NCBI GenBank assembly: GCA_019310485.1
Contig: JAFDEF010000033.1
Coordinates: 17,174 to 81,173, forward strand
Reading direction: 5' to 3'
Length of the DNA stretch: 64,000 nucleotides
Origin: Deltaproteobacteria bacterium
Lineage (GTDB): Bacteria; Desulfobacterota; DSM-4660; Desulfatiglandales; HGW-15
Shown here: in pieces, positions 46,215 through 55,569 of the stretch
Layout: the number at the start of each line of letters is the position of its first letter
Numbering within the stretch: position 1 is the stretch's first letter
Notes under the pieces: generated by a model
What the model was told of the DNA's origin: nothing
Seen by the model: the letters and a program-made list of their open reading frames with translations, nothing else
The model's database searches: none
Translations under genes and position numbers: made by a program

Positions 46215-46635
46215 ACTCTCTCCTTTCTCGTTTACTTAATTAATAGCTTCTTTGGGGTATGACGATATATCAAAATCAACAAAAAGTCAAGAGAAATTAA
46301 ATCTTCGATTGAAAATGTAGGGCAAACTATATTAACTGATTAAGCATAGAGTCTTCTATAGAGCATAATACTTAAGATAACTCTTTTAGGACTTACGCTG
46401 CCCGTGCATAATAAGTGAATAAGAATGTAGATAAAAAACCTCGGCTTCCTATGCTTAATCAATTTAGTGCTTGATGAAACCTGTTTTTATTGGAAAACTC
46501 ACTTGCATTGAAATTAGGGTATATGCAAATTAAGAATACTTTATTTGCCGGCGCAGTTCGTTAGAACTTGACATATCTCCACAAAATCTCTTATTGGAGT
46601 AAGTGTGTGTTTTGGATTAGAGGAGGAGGTCTTGT

Positions 46636-47253
46636 ATGACAGTACTGACTAAAAAGCTAACGGTTCTGGATCAGATAGCTTCTTCTGACACAGTGAGAAG
46701 AAAGATTATCGATAGCGCCAGTATTCTTTATGCCAGGAAAGGATACGGGGCAACATCAATAGAGGAGATCTCCGAAATGGCTGGCGTCAGCCTTCCGGTC
46801 ACCTACCATTACGTGAAAAAGAAATCTGAAATTATGAAAATGATCATGGAGGATGTTCTCAATACCTTTCGAGAAAGTCTTACCAAGCAAATCGAAGGCA
46901 TTGAAGATCCTGAGGAAAAACTTGCCGTGGCAACGGTTCTTTATTTCAGGGTGGTGGAGCAGCAAAGTGACAAGGCTCTCTTAATATACCAGAAGTCAAG
47001 TTCTTTGGATAAACCTGCCAGGACGAGGGTGATGCAGCTCGAGGTAGAGGTCTCAGAAATATTTGGCAAAATCATAAAAGAAGGAATTGAGAAAAATGCT
47101 TTTAAGAACGTGGACGTGGATTTGATGGCATACAACATCATCATGATGGCGCACATGTGGGTTTTAAAGAAATGGCATTTCAAGAAACGCCTGACAATAG
47201 ATAAGTATATTGATCTTCAACTACCGATCATTTTAGAAGCGTTGCGAAAATAA
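46636..47253 (+). CDS. TetR/AcrR-family transcriptional regulator
   Basis: HTH RRKIIDSASILYARKGYGATSIEEISEMAGVSLPVTYHY. GGAGGAGG RBS. Confidence 0.9.
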   Translation: MTVLTKKLTVLDQIASSDTVRRKIIDSASILYARKGYGATSIEEISEMAGVSLPVTYHYVKKKSEIMKMIMEDVLNTFRESLTKQIEGIEDPEEKLAVATVLYFRVVEQQSDKALLIYQKSSSLDKPARTRVMQLEVEVSEIFGKIIKEGIEKNAFKNVDVDLMAYNIIMMAHMWVLKKWHFKKRLTIDKYIDLQLPIILEALRK

Positions 47254-47268
47254 TAAGTTGACCACTCC

Positions 47269-47937
47269 TCACACCTCCCTCTTCAAAAGCATCGTATTCC
47301 TCTCTGATAGCTTACCGGGCAAGGTATAACGGACAGCCTTGTAGACCCTCAATTTGTACCTTTCCATAAGATGTTTTGCTCTGCGAAGCTCCCTGTTTGC
47401 TCCGGCCCCCAAAAATGAGACGAGCATTCCTCCTTGCATCAGGAGCGGGGCACAGTGCTGGATTACCTGCTCTAGGGGTCCGAAAGCTTTGGCTGTTATA
47501 ATACCGAACCTTTCAGAATTAAGGTTACTCCCTTGACTTTCAATTCTGCCCCTGTGAATCGTGATGTCTTTGAGATTCAGGAGACGGGCCACATGTTTCA
47601 AGAAGTTGACTTTCTTAGCATTGGACTCCAGAAGGTGTAGCTTGATGGATGGTCTGTGAATCTTTACAGGAAAACCGGGAATACCGGCTCCAGAACCCAC
47701 ATCGAGCATGCTCCCTTGTTTGGGAAAGAAAGGGACCGGAATCAGAGAGTCAAGGAAAAGCTCGATAACAATGCGCTCCCTGCTGGACAACCCTATCAGG
47801 TTAATATGCTGGGTCCATTCCCAGAGTTCATCCAGATAGATGCTGAACATCTCAAGTTCAGACTCGGTTAACTCTATACCGAAATCTGCTGCACTTTTCC
47901 AAAGAAGCCTGATTTCATCCCCGATGTCTTTAGACAA
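47269..47937 (-). CDS. rsmG: 16S rRNA (guanine527-N7)-methyltransferase
   Basis: GidB pattern (HINLIGLSS...LDVGSGAGIPGFPVKI...LLESNAKKVNFL). Confidence 0.9.
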   Translation of the reverse strand: MSKDIGDEIRLLWKSAADFGIELTESELEMFSIYLDELWEWTQHINLIGLSSRERIVIELFLDSLIPVPFFPKQGSMLDVGSGAGIPGFPVKIHRPSIKLHLLESNAKKVNFLKHVARLLNLKDITIHRGRIESQGSNLNSERFGIITAKAFGPLEQVIQHCAPLLMQGGMLVSFLGAGANRELRRAKHLMERYKLRVYKAVRYTLPGKLSERNTMLLKREV

Positions 47938-48601
47938 TAACCTTCCCCTTGATGATCCGCACTACCTCGGCTGGCGTATCAACCAGGTTGAAGATTTCAA
48001 GATCTGAAGGCGAGATGTATTTCTCTTTCAGGAGAGTGCTTTTTATCCAGTCAAGGAGCCCTCCCCAGTACTTGGAGTCAAACATTACAACAGGAAAGGA
48101 TCTTATCCTCTTGGTCTGGATCAGGGTCAGGGCTTCGAATAACTCATCCATGGTGCCAAAACCACCCGGCATGATAACATAGGCGACGGCATACTTTACG
48201 AACATCACTTTTCTAATAAAGAAATACTTGAAATCCAGCCTGACATTGGCATACTTGTTGGCCTTTTGTTCTTTCGGCAGCTGGATGTGAAGACCTACAG
48301 ACTTGCCCCCGGCCTCTGCTGCCCCTTTATTGGCTGCCTCCATGAGACCCGGGCCGCCCCCCGAGATAATATTAAACCCGTTTTCCACAAGGGATCTCGC
48401 AATTTGCTCCGTGGATTTATAATCTTTATTGTTAGGATGCGCTCTGGAGGAACCGAATATGGTCACCGCCGGGTATACCTCAGGCAACATATCGAAACCC
48501 TCGACGAACTCCGCCATTATGTTAAAGATCCTCCATGTGTCTTGCTTTGTCAGATCGTCCAGCAGATATTGCCTTTCGCGCATAGTTTTATGCCCCGTCA
48601 T
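47930..48601 (-). CDS. LOG-family (TIGR00730) Rossmann-fold nucleotide-binding protein
   Basis: Signature PGGFGTMDELFE plus GGGPGLMEAANKGA. The stop overlaps the rsmG start by 8 nt. Confidence 0.9.
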   Translation of the reverse strand: MTGHKTMRERQYLLDDLTKQDTWRIFNIMAEFVEGFDMLPEVYPAVTIFGSSRAHPNNKDYKSTEQIARSLVENGFNIISGGGPGLMEAANKGAAEAGGKSVGLHIQLPKEQKANKYANVRLDFKYFFIRKVMFVKYAVAYVIMPGGFGTMDELFEALTLIQTKRIRSFPVVMFDSKYWGGLLDWIKSTLLKEKYISPSDLEIFNLVDTPAEVVRIIKGKVIV

Positions 48602-48769
48602 TCAAAGCCGTTTGAAACTTCATCCTTCTCTTTGCCGTCCGAGTAATACCCCTTCAAATAGCACGCCATCAGCAATTGATTCAAGGCCAAATAGCCTCAT
48701 GCAAAACATTTCTCTTGGAGCGTGAGGTATTTGCCAAAACCAATGCGGCCAAGATCCTTGCTTGCCCTT

Positions 48770-48991
48770 CCCCGATTCACCATCAAACACCATCTGCCGT
48801 TCGACAGGCTCACGGCCCTGAGCATAGCCGAAGGGCTCCGTTACGCTCATCCCTCGTCGCTGCGGCGTACCTGAATGTACGTCTCGCTTCTCGTGATTTC
48901 GCAAGCCCTGCATCTGATGCTGCTGGTGAACGGGGTTACCCCCAAAGCATTTAGTTTTGGTAGACAAAGCGAAAGTTGACGGTGGATTTAG
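48770..48991 (+). mobile_element. F2 MITE-like repeat, copy B
   Basis: Aligns end to end with 40689-40914, with about 20 substitutions and one 3-nt indel by eye. The terminal sequences are the same (attcaccatcaa ... ttgacggtggat). Confidence 0.8.
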
Positions 48992-49028
48992 GCCCTTGAC
49001 CTCTTATATGCTAAAATGATAAAAGATG

Positions 49029-49123
49029 AACTTGCCCGCCGCAAGCAGCGGGGTATCAATCGGAAACCATCTTAACCGCCCCAAGGGGCGGGGAATCAAA
49101 CCCTTGTCCGCCTCTGGCGGATT
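49029..49123 (-). repeat. F1 mosaic hairpin repeat, copy 3 (inverted orientation, single CCGCC-AGA-GGCGG unit)
   Basis: The reverse complement reads aatccgccagaggcggacaagggtttgattccccgccccttggggcggttaagatggtttccgattgataccccgctgcttgcggcgggc. It lies 37 nt after F2 copy B. Confidence 0.9.
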
Positions 49124-49163
49124 GAAATGGTAGAAATCTAAAGGGAGCCCAAGAAGGTTGCTC

Positions 49164-49859
49164 ATGCAAGAAAACGACAAAAAAAATGCAGATGCCCGCT
49201 ACCAGGAATTCCTTAGCGACCTTGGAGAGTTCGGTGCGCGAGAAGAAGAAAAAGCATTTATGGACAGTATTGCCCCGCAGGTGGAAAAGGAAGATATACC
49301 TTTAAAAGTTGGGCAAAGGATTCGCAGTGTCAGGGAGAAAAGGGGGCTCAGCCTTGAAAATATTTCTGAGCGCACAGGGATTGATACTCTCCTTCTTTCG
49401 CAAATCGAGGCCGGCCAGATCGCCCCCCCTCTGGGGACGGTCATTAAGCTTGCCAAGGCCCTGGACATGAAAATGGGTTACTTTATTTCCGGAGAGGAAG
49501 AAAAACCTTACACTATTGTACGAAAGGGGGAGCGACGCGTCGTTTCAAGATACGATGCAAAAAAAGCAAAGCGATACGGATACGAATATGAATCCCTAGC
49601 ACCCCAGAAAAAAGACAGGCATATGGAGCCGTTCCTTGTTACGCTTGAACCCGCTGATACTGAAGAGGAAAGATCGAGCCATGCCGGACAGGAATTTATT
49701 TTTGTCTTGGCCGGCAGAATGGAAGTCCGCCTGGGAAAAGAAGTTCATATCCTGGAGCCGGGTGATGCCATTTACTATGATTCCACAGTCCCCCATCTGG
49801 TTAAATGTTTCGGCCCAGAAAAAACAGAGATACTCGCAGTGCTCTATGCCGAAGAGTGA
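49164..49859 (+). CDS. XRE-family HTH plus cupin-domain transcriptional regulator
   Basis: HTH (VGQRIRSVREKRGLSLENISERTGIDTLLLSQIE) and a C-terminal cupin (HAGQEFIFVLAGRMEV...GDAIYYDSTVPH). ATG 49164 is preferred over TTG 49158. Confidence 0.85.
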   Translation: MQENDKKNADARYQEFLSDLGEFGAREEEKAFMDSIAPQVEKEDIPLKVGQRIRSVREKRGLSLENISERTGIDTLLLSQIEAGQIAPPLGTVIKLAKALDMKMGYFISGEEEKPYTIVRKGERRVVSRYDAKKAKRYGYEYESLAPQKKDRHMEPFLVTLEPADTEEERSSHAGQEFIFVLAGRMEVRLGKEVHILEPGDAIYYDSTVPHLVKCFGPEKTEILAVLYAEE

Positions 49860-49947
49860 TACGGAGGACCTGGGAAAGCAATGCATGAGCCGTTACAATA
49901 CTGGGATAGGGGATCGCGGCAATTTTGTTTTTCTAATTGGAGGAGAA

Positions 49948-50376
49948 ATGATCGTATTTGACCTTGAATGCTCACATGGTCACCGTTTCGAAGGTTGGTT
50001 CCAGGACATCCAATCCTTTGAAATTCAAAATAAGAAAAAGCTGGTTAGTTGCCCTTACTGTAACGACACAAGAATAAAGCGCGTACTTTCCCCAGTGGCC
50101 ACAAAAATAACGAACAGGCCCCATCCAAGGGAGGAAGCGGGCAAAGCCATTGACTATCCCCGACTGGCAAGAGAGATAGTGGAATATATTAACAAGAACT
50201 TTGACGATGTTGGCCACAACTTTGCTAAAGAAGCATTAAAAATGCATTACGGTGTCACAGACAAGCGGAACATAAGGGGTTCGGCGACTGAAGAAGAGGA
50301 AAAGATGCTGAAGAAAGAAAAGATCGAATTTTTCAAGATTCCGCTTCCGAAAATCAGTGACGAAGACAAAGACTGA
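49948..50376 (+). CDS. DUF1178-family zinc-ribbon protein
   Basis: The ATG at 49948 has GGAGGAG upstream. The track ORF 49636..50376 overlaps the preceding gene. The family-typical N-terminus is MIVFDLECSHGHRFEGWF...CPYC. Confidence 0.7.
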   Translation: MIVFDLECSHGHRFEGWFQDIQSFEIQNKKKLVSCPYCNDTRIKRVLSPVATKITNRPHPREEAGKAIDYPRLAREIVEYINKNFDDVGHNFAKEALKMHYGVTDKRNIRGSATEEEEKMLKKEKIEFFKIPLPKISDEDKD

Positions 50377-50501
50377 GCAAACGAAAAATCTCTCCCCTGA
50401 GAATATCAAGGGTACGCCGGCATGGTTTTTGTAGAAAAATGCAGGGATCTCTGGTAATGATCTTGTTTTAAAGCGCTCACTGGGGCGTTTGGAACCGGCA
50501 A

Positions 50502-50858
50502 ATGGAAAAAAAAGGCAAAACAATTATTGGAGTTCTGATAGTCTTACTCCTTGTAGGTTTTTTTATCAGTATTTACATTACGGTTGACGAGCAGATTCCT
50601 GGAAATGCCATTGTTGTGGTTACAAAGGAAGACAAACTTTACCATTCCATACATTTCGACTCCATTTGTATCGCCGGCAAGACCGCTCAGACTATGACCC
50701 TTTCTGAGGCAAAGGCGAAAGGTTATAAGCCTGACCCGCATTGCACAGAGCTGGGATATTTTAAGGGGAACAGGCAATTCTTGTTTTATTATTTGCTCTC
50801 CAAGCTTGGCCTCTCCGTGAATAGCCGATGGGACAAGAATGGGAACTGGCTCTGGTGA
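50502..50858 (+). CDS. hypothetical membrane-anchored protein
   Basis: 118 aa with an N-terminal TM helix (IIGVLIVLLLVGFFISIYI). No family recognised. Confidence 0.45.
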   Translation: MEKKGKTIIGVLIVLLLVGFFISIYITVDEQIPGNAIVVVTKEDKLYHSIHFDSICIAGKTAQTMTLSEAKAKGYKPDPHCTELGYFKGNRQFLFYYLLSKLGLSVNSRWDKNGNWLW

Positions 50859-51037
50859 CATCCCCGAACCGCCGAACCTACCTGATCCACATTTTTGTTT
50901 TTGTAAAAAGCCCCGGCCTTTTGTGAAGTTCCCATTCGGTAAATGCTCCATAGGTGGCAGCAAAGCCATTGAGAGAGACAATTAGATTGACACCAGAGGC
51001 AAGATACCCCTATAAATATGGCGAGCAACTTTTCGCT

Positions 51038-51180
51038 TAATCCGCCAGAGGCGGACAAGGGTTCAATCCGCCAGAGGCGGACGAGCCCGCCAGAGGCGGA
51101 CGAGAGTTTGATTCCCCGCCCCTTGGGGCGTTAAGAAAATTTCCGATTGATACCCCGTCCGCTTGCGGCGGGGTAGTTAA
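51038..51180 (+). repeat. F1 mosaic hairpin repeat, copy 4 (three CCGCC-AGA-GGCGG units)
   Basis: aatccgccagaggcggacaagggttcaatccgccagaggcggacgagcccgccagaggcggacgagagtttgattccccgccccttggggcgttaagaaaatttccgattgataccccgtccgcttgcggcggggtagtt. Confidence 0.9.
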
Positions 51181-51247
51181 TTCTTCTTCTTTATGAGAAG
51201 CTTTTTCGCGTTGCGCCGCCTCTATTGTTTTGAGTGCAGGGTGGCAC

Positions 51248-51319
51248 GCCTTTACCCCGGCGGAATGCCCCGTGACGAAGCACGGGGATGTTGAATTAAG
51301 TTTTCGTCCTCTTTTTCGC
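51248..51319 (-). repeat. F4 hairpin repeat, copy 2 (inverted)
   Basis: The reverse complement aligns with 24632-24703: gcgaaaaag...atccccgtgcttcgtcacggggcattccgccggggtaaaggc. Confidence 0.8.
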
Positions 51320-51325
51320 AAGAGG

Positions 51326-51436
51326 TTTACCCCGCCCGCAGAAAGCCACGGCTTTAGCCGTGGATGAATGCGGTTAAGGGCGGGCGGGATGTCGTACCAC
51401 TAAGTCCCGCCGATTGCGAAGCAATTCGGCGAGACT
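51326..51436 (+). repeat. F3 111-nt structured repeat, copy 2
   Basis: 111/111 identical to 10644-10754. It ends 30 nt before the PP2C start codon. Confidence 0.9.
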
Positions 51437-51466
51437 ACCACCCGAGGTATTCAGAAAGAACTATCC

Positions 51467-52228
51467 ATGATACTCAAGTCGTTTGGCTTTTCTGATCCCG
51501 GCCGCCATCGGCATCGAAACGAAGACCGCTATTTGTGCGATGAAAAAGAGGGGCTTTTTCTTGTGGCTGACGGCATGGGTGGGCGTTCGTCCGGAGACAA
51601 AGCGAGCCAACTGGCTGTTGAATCAGTTCAAGAATTTGTCATTCGCTCCAGATCAGAAGACATGGAGTGGCCTGTCAAGAAGAGAAAAAGTCTTAGTCTG
51701 GAACAGAACCGACTTCTCGCAGCCTTTTTTTATGCAAACAACCGTATTTATGAACTCTCTGCCCGCCACCCTTCCATGCGGGGGATGGGGACGACCCTTG
51801 TGGGCGCTCTTGTAGACGGCAAACACCTCGCTATTGCAAATGTAGGCGACAGCCGTTTGTATAGAGTGCGAGAGGACAAAATTACTCAGATTACAAGAGA
51901 TCACTCAGTTGTGGGTGAAAAACAACGCAAAGGGCTCCTATCTGACGAGGAAGCAAGAAGACATCCTGAAAGGCACTTGCTTACCAGAGCCCTGGGAGTT
52001 GAAACAAGGCCCACTGTAGACCTTTTCGCCCATGACATCAAGCCTGGAGATTTGTTCCTCCTTTGCAGTGATGGTCTGTACGGCACGATATCGGACGAGG
52101 CTATCCTCAATATCATAAAGAGTCATGAGCAGGAGGCTCTTTACAAAATCGGAATGTCATTGGTCTTAAAGGCCAGTCTCGAGGATGCAATGGACGACAT
52201 TACCGTAGTGCTGATTCTTTTCCACTAA
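51467..52228 (+). CDS. PP2C-family Ser/Thr protein phosphatase (Stp1-like)
   Basis: SDPGRHRHRNEDRY, LFLVADGMGG, GTTLVGAL and LLCSDGL motifs. Confidence 0.9.
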   Translation: MILKSFGFSDPGRHRHRNEDRYLCDEKEGLFLVADGMGGRSSGDKASQLAVESVQEFVIRSRSEDMEWPVKKRKSLSLEQNRLLAAFFYANNRIYELSARHPSMRGMGTTLVGALVDGKHLAIANVGDSRLYRVREDKITQITRDHSVVGEKQRKGLLSDEEARRHPERHLLTRALGVETRPTVDLFAHDIKPGDLFLLCSDGLYGTISDEAILNIIKSHEQEALYKIGMSLVLKASLEDAMDDITVVLILFH

Positions 52229-52461
52229 GAGCGGCCACACCGTTCCGCAGAAAACCCTATCTAGTTTCCATCCATAAATGGCTATTTTTCACAATCCCAG
52301 CGTCAACCCGCCAAGAGCGGATAAATCTGCGGGATCACTTGTGCGGCGTACTATAGTACGCTTCCGCGCAATCCCTTGATTTCCTTGATCTTGTAAAAAC
52401 TATCTCATTTCAGAATTGGAAACTCGCTAGTGCCCAAAATCTATTTGTGGATGGGCACTAT

Positions 52462-52956
52462 CTAACCTCCTGTAAAGATATAAGTTTTCCCCTCCTTGTT
52501 AAGCATTCCTATCAGTTGTTTGTGGCCGTCTTTGAAAAGAGGGAAACTGGCACTGATTATTATCATGCACACCGGATCATCCTGCTGATCAACGTAAGTG
52601 TATATGTTGTAATCCAGCCTGTGTCCCTGCGGAATCTCTATCTTAAGGGCCTTCTTGACATCCTGTATTGCTGTCGGTGGGGTAGGAGTCCCTTCAGCAG
52701 GAATCAACAAGGATTGGCCAACTTTCGGAAAAAACTCGTCGTTGTTCTCTAGGTAGTAAAGAATCTGACCGTCCATCAACTTCTTCATCATCAGCGAAGC
52801 CTCGGATCCATAAGCCCTCTGCAACCACGTTCGATAAAGCGGAACGGCCGTTAGTGCCAGAATTCCCACCAGGGCTATCACCACCATCAGCTCAATCAGC
52901 GTGAATCCATTTTTTCCTTTTCCCTGACTACCAGATGTTCCTTTACGACCCTTCAT
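52462..52956 (-). CDS. type IV pilin / pseudopilin-like protein (prepilin-type N-terminal methylation motif)
   Basis: Leader [17 protein letters not shown] followed by [17 protein letters not shown] (G-1, F+1, E+5). 164 aa. The start overlaps the upstream gene by 14 nt. Confidence 0.85.
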   Translation of the reverse strand: MKGRKGTSGSQGKGKNGFTLIELMVVIALVGILALTAVPLYRTWLQRAYGSEASLMMKKLMDGQILYYLENNDEFFPKVGQSLLIPAEGTPTPPTAIQDVKKALKIEIPQGHRLDYNIYTYVDQQDDPVCMIIISASFPLFKDGHKQLIGMLNKEGKTYIFTGG

Positions 52957-53530
52957 ACTTTATGCCTTTTGGTGAAATAACGATATTCATCTGCCCTGGC
53001 TGAGGCTTGGCAAGAGAAAGCCGGTAACCCAACTGTGGATCCCTCACGTAGACCAGTTTTTTCAAATACTGGGACTCTTCTTTGCTCATGGCCAGATACT
53101 TAGGGATCAGGTCCGTTAGCCGGGCAGGATATTGATTCCCTTCATAGTGATTATATCGCTTGAGCGCTCCATCTACCATGAAGAGAAGCACTCTCGGGCT
53201 ATTGCCCAAATCAGCATTTCCAGTGGGTGCCTTTTGGCCTCCGAAAAGGATGACCCCCCACATCACAAGAATAAGGACGGAACAAACTGCCACAAAATAG
53301 CGGAAAGGCGTCCATTTTTTCTTTTCTCTAGCTTTGCCCTTTCTTTCTGCTGACTTTTCCCGCTTGCTTTTTATACTTGAGCCAACTTCGGATACAGAGG
53401 ACAGCATCGCACACTGAAAACAGTAATACTCTCCAGGGCGAACCTCTTCAGCACAGTCATTGCACAGCGGAATGCCGCATCTTGCACAAAAATGCTCTGC
53501 CTGCCGATCAGGATGATTTTTGCATTGCAT
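52943..53530 (-). CDS. B-box/zinc-finger N-terminal, single-pass membrane protein (unknown function)
   Basis: [27 protein letters not shown]...YYCFQC Cys/His cluster, a TM helix ([19 protein letters not shown]), and a C-terminal extracytoplasmic domain. AAGAGGA RBS. Confidence 0.6.
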   Translation of the reverse strand: MQCKNHPDRQAEHFCARCGIPLCNDCAEEVRPGEYYCFQCAMLSSVSEVGSSIKSKREKSAERKGKAREKKKWTPFRYFVAVCSVLILVMWGVILFGGQKAPTGNADLGNSPRVLLFMVDGALKRYNHYEGNQYPARLTDLIPKYLAMSKEESQYLKKLVYVRDPQLGYRLSLAKPQPGQMNIVISPKGIKYEGS

Positions 53531-53643
53531 TCACTCTGTCCTCTTTTTCAAAACGCCAACTACTGGCTATAGGTGTATCTGCCTTAATACAGGAATCAAC
53601 AATTACTAGTCAAGAAAAAATGGTTGGTAGCGTGGGGCATGAC

Positions 53644-55569
53644 TTAAGAAGGTTTTAGATCGTTTCGGCAATAGGGGCATACCACCCACTCGGGCTGAAC
53701 GATACGCCCACAGGAAGCACAGGTCGGAACAAGAGGCTTCTTACAATATGGGCAATCCCTGAAATCCAGGCTTACCCCTCGTCCGCAGTAAGGGCAAATC
53801 GTTGTGAGTTCTTCTTTCTGCTGGACTGCCTTCAAAACTTCCCCAATCGTGGTTATTCCCTTCTCTATTTTTTTCAGGCCGCTTATCCCCAGAGTTGTCA
53901 TGCCTGTTGCCATTGCCGCTTCCCTAATCTCGTCTGCAGTTGCGGATGCCTGGGTTAACTCCCTTATCTTGCGGCTCATCACCATTACTTCTTCTATTAC
54001 TGTACGGCCTTTGAATCCCAGGTTTCCACATCTGGAACACCCTGTACCACGGTAAAACTTGAAGGGGAGCGCTTTACCATCCAGTCCCAGCCGCCCGAGT
54101 AATTCAGGATTCGGAACATACTCTTCTTTGCATTCAGGGCATATCACTCTGACAAGTCTCTGAGCCACAACGCCGATCACCGAGGAGGCAATCATGTACG
54201 GGGCCATCCCAATATCCACCAGACGGGTTATAGCAGAGGGGGCATCATTAGTGTGAAGGGTTGATAATACAAGGTGCCCTGTCAGAGATGCTTGAAGGGC
54301 TATCTCCGCTGTGTCAACATCTCTGATCTCACCTATCATGATGACATTGGGGTCCTGTCTTAGAATAGAGCGCAGAACAAAAGGGAAAGTGAGACCGACC
54401 TTTTCATTGATCTGAACCTGGTTAATGCCGGGTAGCTCATATTCCACCGGGTCCTCTACGGTAATGATATTCAGCTCATCTGATTTGATCGCCTGCATGC
54501 ATGCATAGAGCGTGGAAGTTTTTCCACTCCCGGTCGGTCCGGTGATAAGAAGCATTCCCTGCGGCTGAGCGATGAAATTCTGAATTGCGACCAAGCTCTT
54601 CTCGCTAAACCCCAGCTCCGGCAAAGACATGAATGCTTCCTGCTTGTTTAGAATTCTTATAACCGCTTTTTCACCATAATAAGTGGGCAGGGTGGAAACG
54701 CGGAGATCCACTGAGACGTTCTTAGAGCGCACCTTTATCCTTCCATCTTGAGGAAGCCTTTTCTCAGATATATCCATTCCGCCCAGCACTTTGATACGAG
54801 AGATTATAATAGGCTGTGTCCACTTTGGTAGCTTGATCGAATCCTGGAGCACGCCGTCCACGCGATTTCTAACCCGTACCTGGTTTTCCTGTGCCTCAAT
54901 GTGGACGTCACTGGCTCCTTTCTTTATGGCATTCTTTATTATCAGATCCACCATCTTCACGAACGGCGAATCCTTCATGTCTATGCCATGCTCTTCCTCC
55001 TCTTCTTCAACCTCCTTTTCGGGCAGAAACTCCATAAGTTCTTCACCCATGAACTCATCGGCCACATCCCCGATTGTTTTCTCAGGGTGGTAATACTTCT
55101 CAATCATTTCAATTATTTGGCTGGAGGTAGAAATTGCAGGCTGGATGCTGAACCCGGTTATGAACTGGAGGTCCTTCATCATGTTCAGGTCAAGCGGATC
55201 AGCCATGGCGACATCCAGTACGCTGTTTTTCAAGGCTATTGGAACGCACAAGAACTTGCGCGAAACGCTTTCAGGAATTGTTTCAATCACGTTTTGAGGT
55301 ATCTCAAAGTTACTCAGGTCAACATAGGGGATTTTGAGTTGCATGGCCAGTGCAAAAGCAATTTCTTCTTCAGAGATTAGGTTCATCTCAATCAATATCT
55401 GGCCCAATCGCTTGCCCGAACTTTTCTGCGCCTCGAGACCCTCTGCCAGCTTCTCAGACGAGATAAGGCCCGTCTCGACCAAGATTTCTCCCAGTTTGCG
55501 CCGGGTTACCGGTTCTCTCCTCAACTGTGTCTTATTGATAGGCTCAGTTTTGACCTTTTTATCTTTCAT
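53644..55569 (-). CDS. MshE/PilB/GspE-family pilus or secretion ATPase with an MshEN-type c-di-GMP-binding N-terminus and a C-terminal double zinc ribbon
   Basis: Residues 25-77 are KLGEILVETGLISSEKLAEGLEAQ-KSSGK-RLGQILIEMNLISEEEIAFALAMQ, which is two 24-residue MshEN motifs with a 5-residue spacer. Walker A is GPTGSGKTST. The tetracysteine motif is CPECKEE...CSRCGNLGFKGR. The tail has four extra CxxC pairs. Confidence 0.9.
   Translation of the reverse strand: MKDKKVKTEPINKTQLRREPVTRRKLGEILVETGLISSEKLAEGLEAQKSSGKRLGQILIEMNLISEEEIAFALAMQLKIPYVDLSNFEIPQNVIETIPESVSRKFLCVPIALKNSVLDVAMADPLDLNMMKDLQFITGFSIQPAISTSSQIIEMIEKYYHPEKTIGDVADEFMGEELMEFLPEKEVEEEEEEHGIDMKDSPFVKMVDLIIKNAIKKGASDVHIEAQENQVRVRNRVDGVLQDSIKLPKWTQPIIISRIKVLGGMDISEKRLPQDGRIKVRSKNVSVDLRVSTLPTYYGEKAVIRILNKQEAFMSLPELGFSEKSLVAIQNFIAQPQGMLLITGPTGSGKTSTLYACMQAIKSDELNIITVEDPVEYELPGINQVQINEKVGLTFPFVLRSILRQDPNVIMIGEIRDVDTAEIALQASLTGHLVLSTLHTNDAPSAITRLVDIGMAPYMIASSVIGVVAQRLVRVICPECKEEYVPNPELLGRLGLDGKALPFKFYRGTGCSRCGNLGFKGRTVIEEVMVMSRKIRELTQASATADEIREAAMATGMTTLGISGLKKIEKGITTIGEVLKAVQQKEELTTICPYCGRGVSLDFRDCPYCKKPLVPTCASCGRIVQPEWVVCPYCRNDLKPS

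Noticed and set aside
52346-52361. Perfect 16-bp palindrome GCGTACTATAGTACGC between the convergent PP2C and pilin genes.
   Set aside because: It is real in the sequence, but it lies between two 3' ends, so an operator role is unlikely. It has no U-tract, so it is not a canonical terminator. I see no second copy, so it is of low information value.
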